From Bispira polyomma (taxonomy: Eukaryota), in contig OZ287753.1 of NCBI GenBank assembly GCA_965649765.1, positions 69,068,001 through 69,132,000 of the forward strand: a stretch of 64,000 nt of DNA. Reading direction: 5' to 3'. The notes below the pieces were generated by a model that saw only the letters and a list, made by a program, of their open reading frames with translations, did not search any database and was not told where the DNA came from. The translations under genes were made by a program, and so were the position numbers. This document shows positions 63,485 through 64,000 of the stretch, piece after piece. Positions within the stretch are counted from its first letter, which is position 1. Each line of letters starts with the position of its first letter.

Positions 63485-63664
63485 ATGGAAGATTTAGAAG
63501 AGAAGCAGCTTCAACTGCAAAACGATATTGGAAAGAAGCCACTAGTTGAGATAGGCGAGTTTACCAACTGGGCGGACACTCGCACCATACGGAACCTTTT
63601 AGTTGTGAAACCCGCATCTCTGAAAGAAGTACAGACAGTTGTTCAGGCTGCAGGGAAGAATGGG
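63485..63664 (+). CDS. FAD-linked aldonolactone oxidase-like protein, copy 3, exon 1 (gene continues beyond the window)
   Basis: MEDLEEKQ...FTNWADTR...AAGKNG|gtaaga; same 180-nt length and donor position as copy 2; 40/60 aa identical to copy 2. Confidence 0.88.
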
Positions 63665-64000
63665 GTAAGATAGAAAGCATTTTCTTTACTTTTGTTGTGT
63701 ATTGGTCACTTCTGCCAGAGTAATCCTAGTGTCTGATGTATTCGATTTGTGACAAACGACGGTCGATTTGCGATGATGAAATTATACGTTGTTGTTTTCA
63801 TATAAACAACACTAGTATGCTATATTCAGAAAAAACAGTTTTTCTCATGTCATGTGGCCCTCCTAATGCAATGAGGACTAGGATGTCGCAAATAAGCATT
63901 CGTATACATGAGAACAAGTCGCTCTCACTTATTGGTTATTGGTTGCAAACCATGTGCATGAGAATGTAGGTTAACTTGATTGACCCATTTCAGGATATAA

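Overview
AT-rich, intron-containing eukaryotic DNA. The transposon content (Ngaro/DIRS, Academ, Harbinger, L2, L1/Tx1, tRNA-SINE) suggests an invertebrate animal, but that is inference. The backbone is a head-to-tail array of three paralogous + strand genes about 30-33 kb apart. They encode ~574-aa FAD-linked aldonolactone-oxidase-like (GULO/ALO; VAO/PCMH fold) proteins. Copy 1 lacks only its first 8 coding nt, copy 2 is complete with 5 exons, and only exon 1 of copy 3 is in the window. Both visible C-termini end in a low-complexity tail plus KKSSTCNVL*, a CaaX prenylation signal not expected on this enzyme family. Introns and intergenic DNA are packed with transposons. The best preserved is a 6.57-kb Ngaro-type tyrosine-recombinase (YR) retrotransposon (23385-29950) with intact split direct repeats. 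It inserted through a 4-nt CTGT core into the gag of an older antisense Ngaro element, and the empty site survives in an adjacent duplication. Its Met-less recombinase frame can be joined in frame to gag by a canonical GT-AG splice. All calls come from reading the sequence and from remembered family motifs; no database searches were run.
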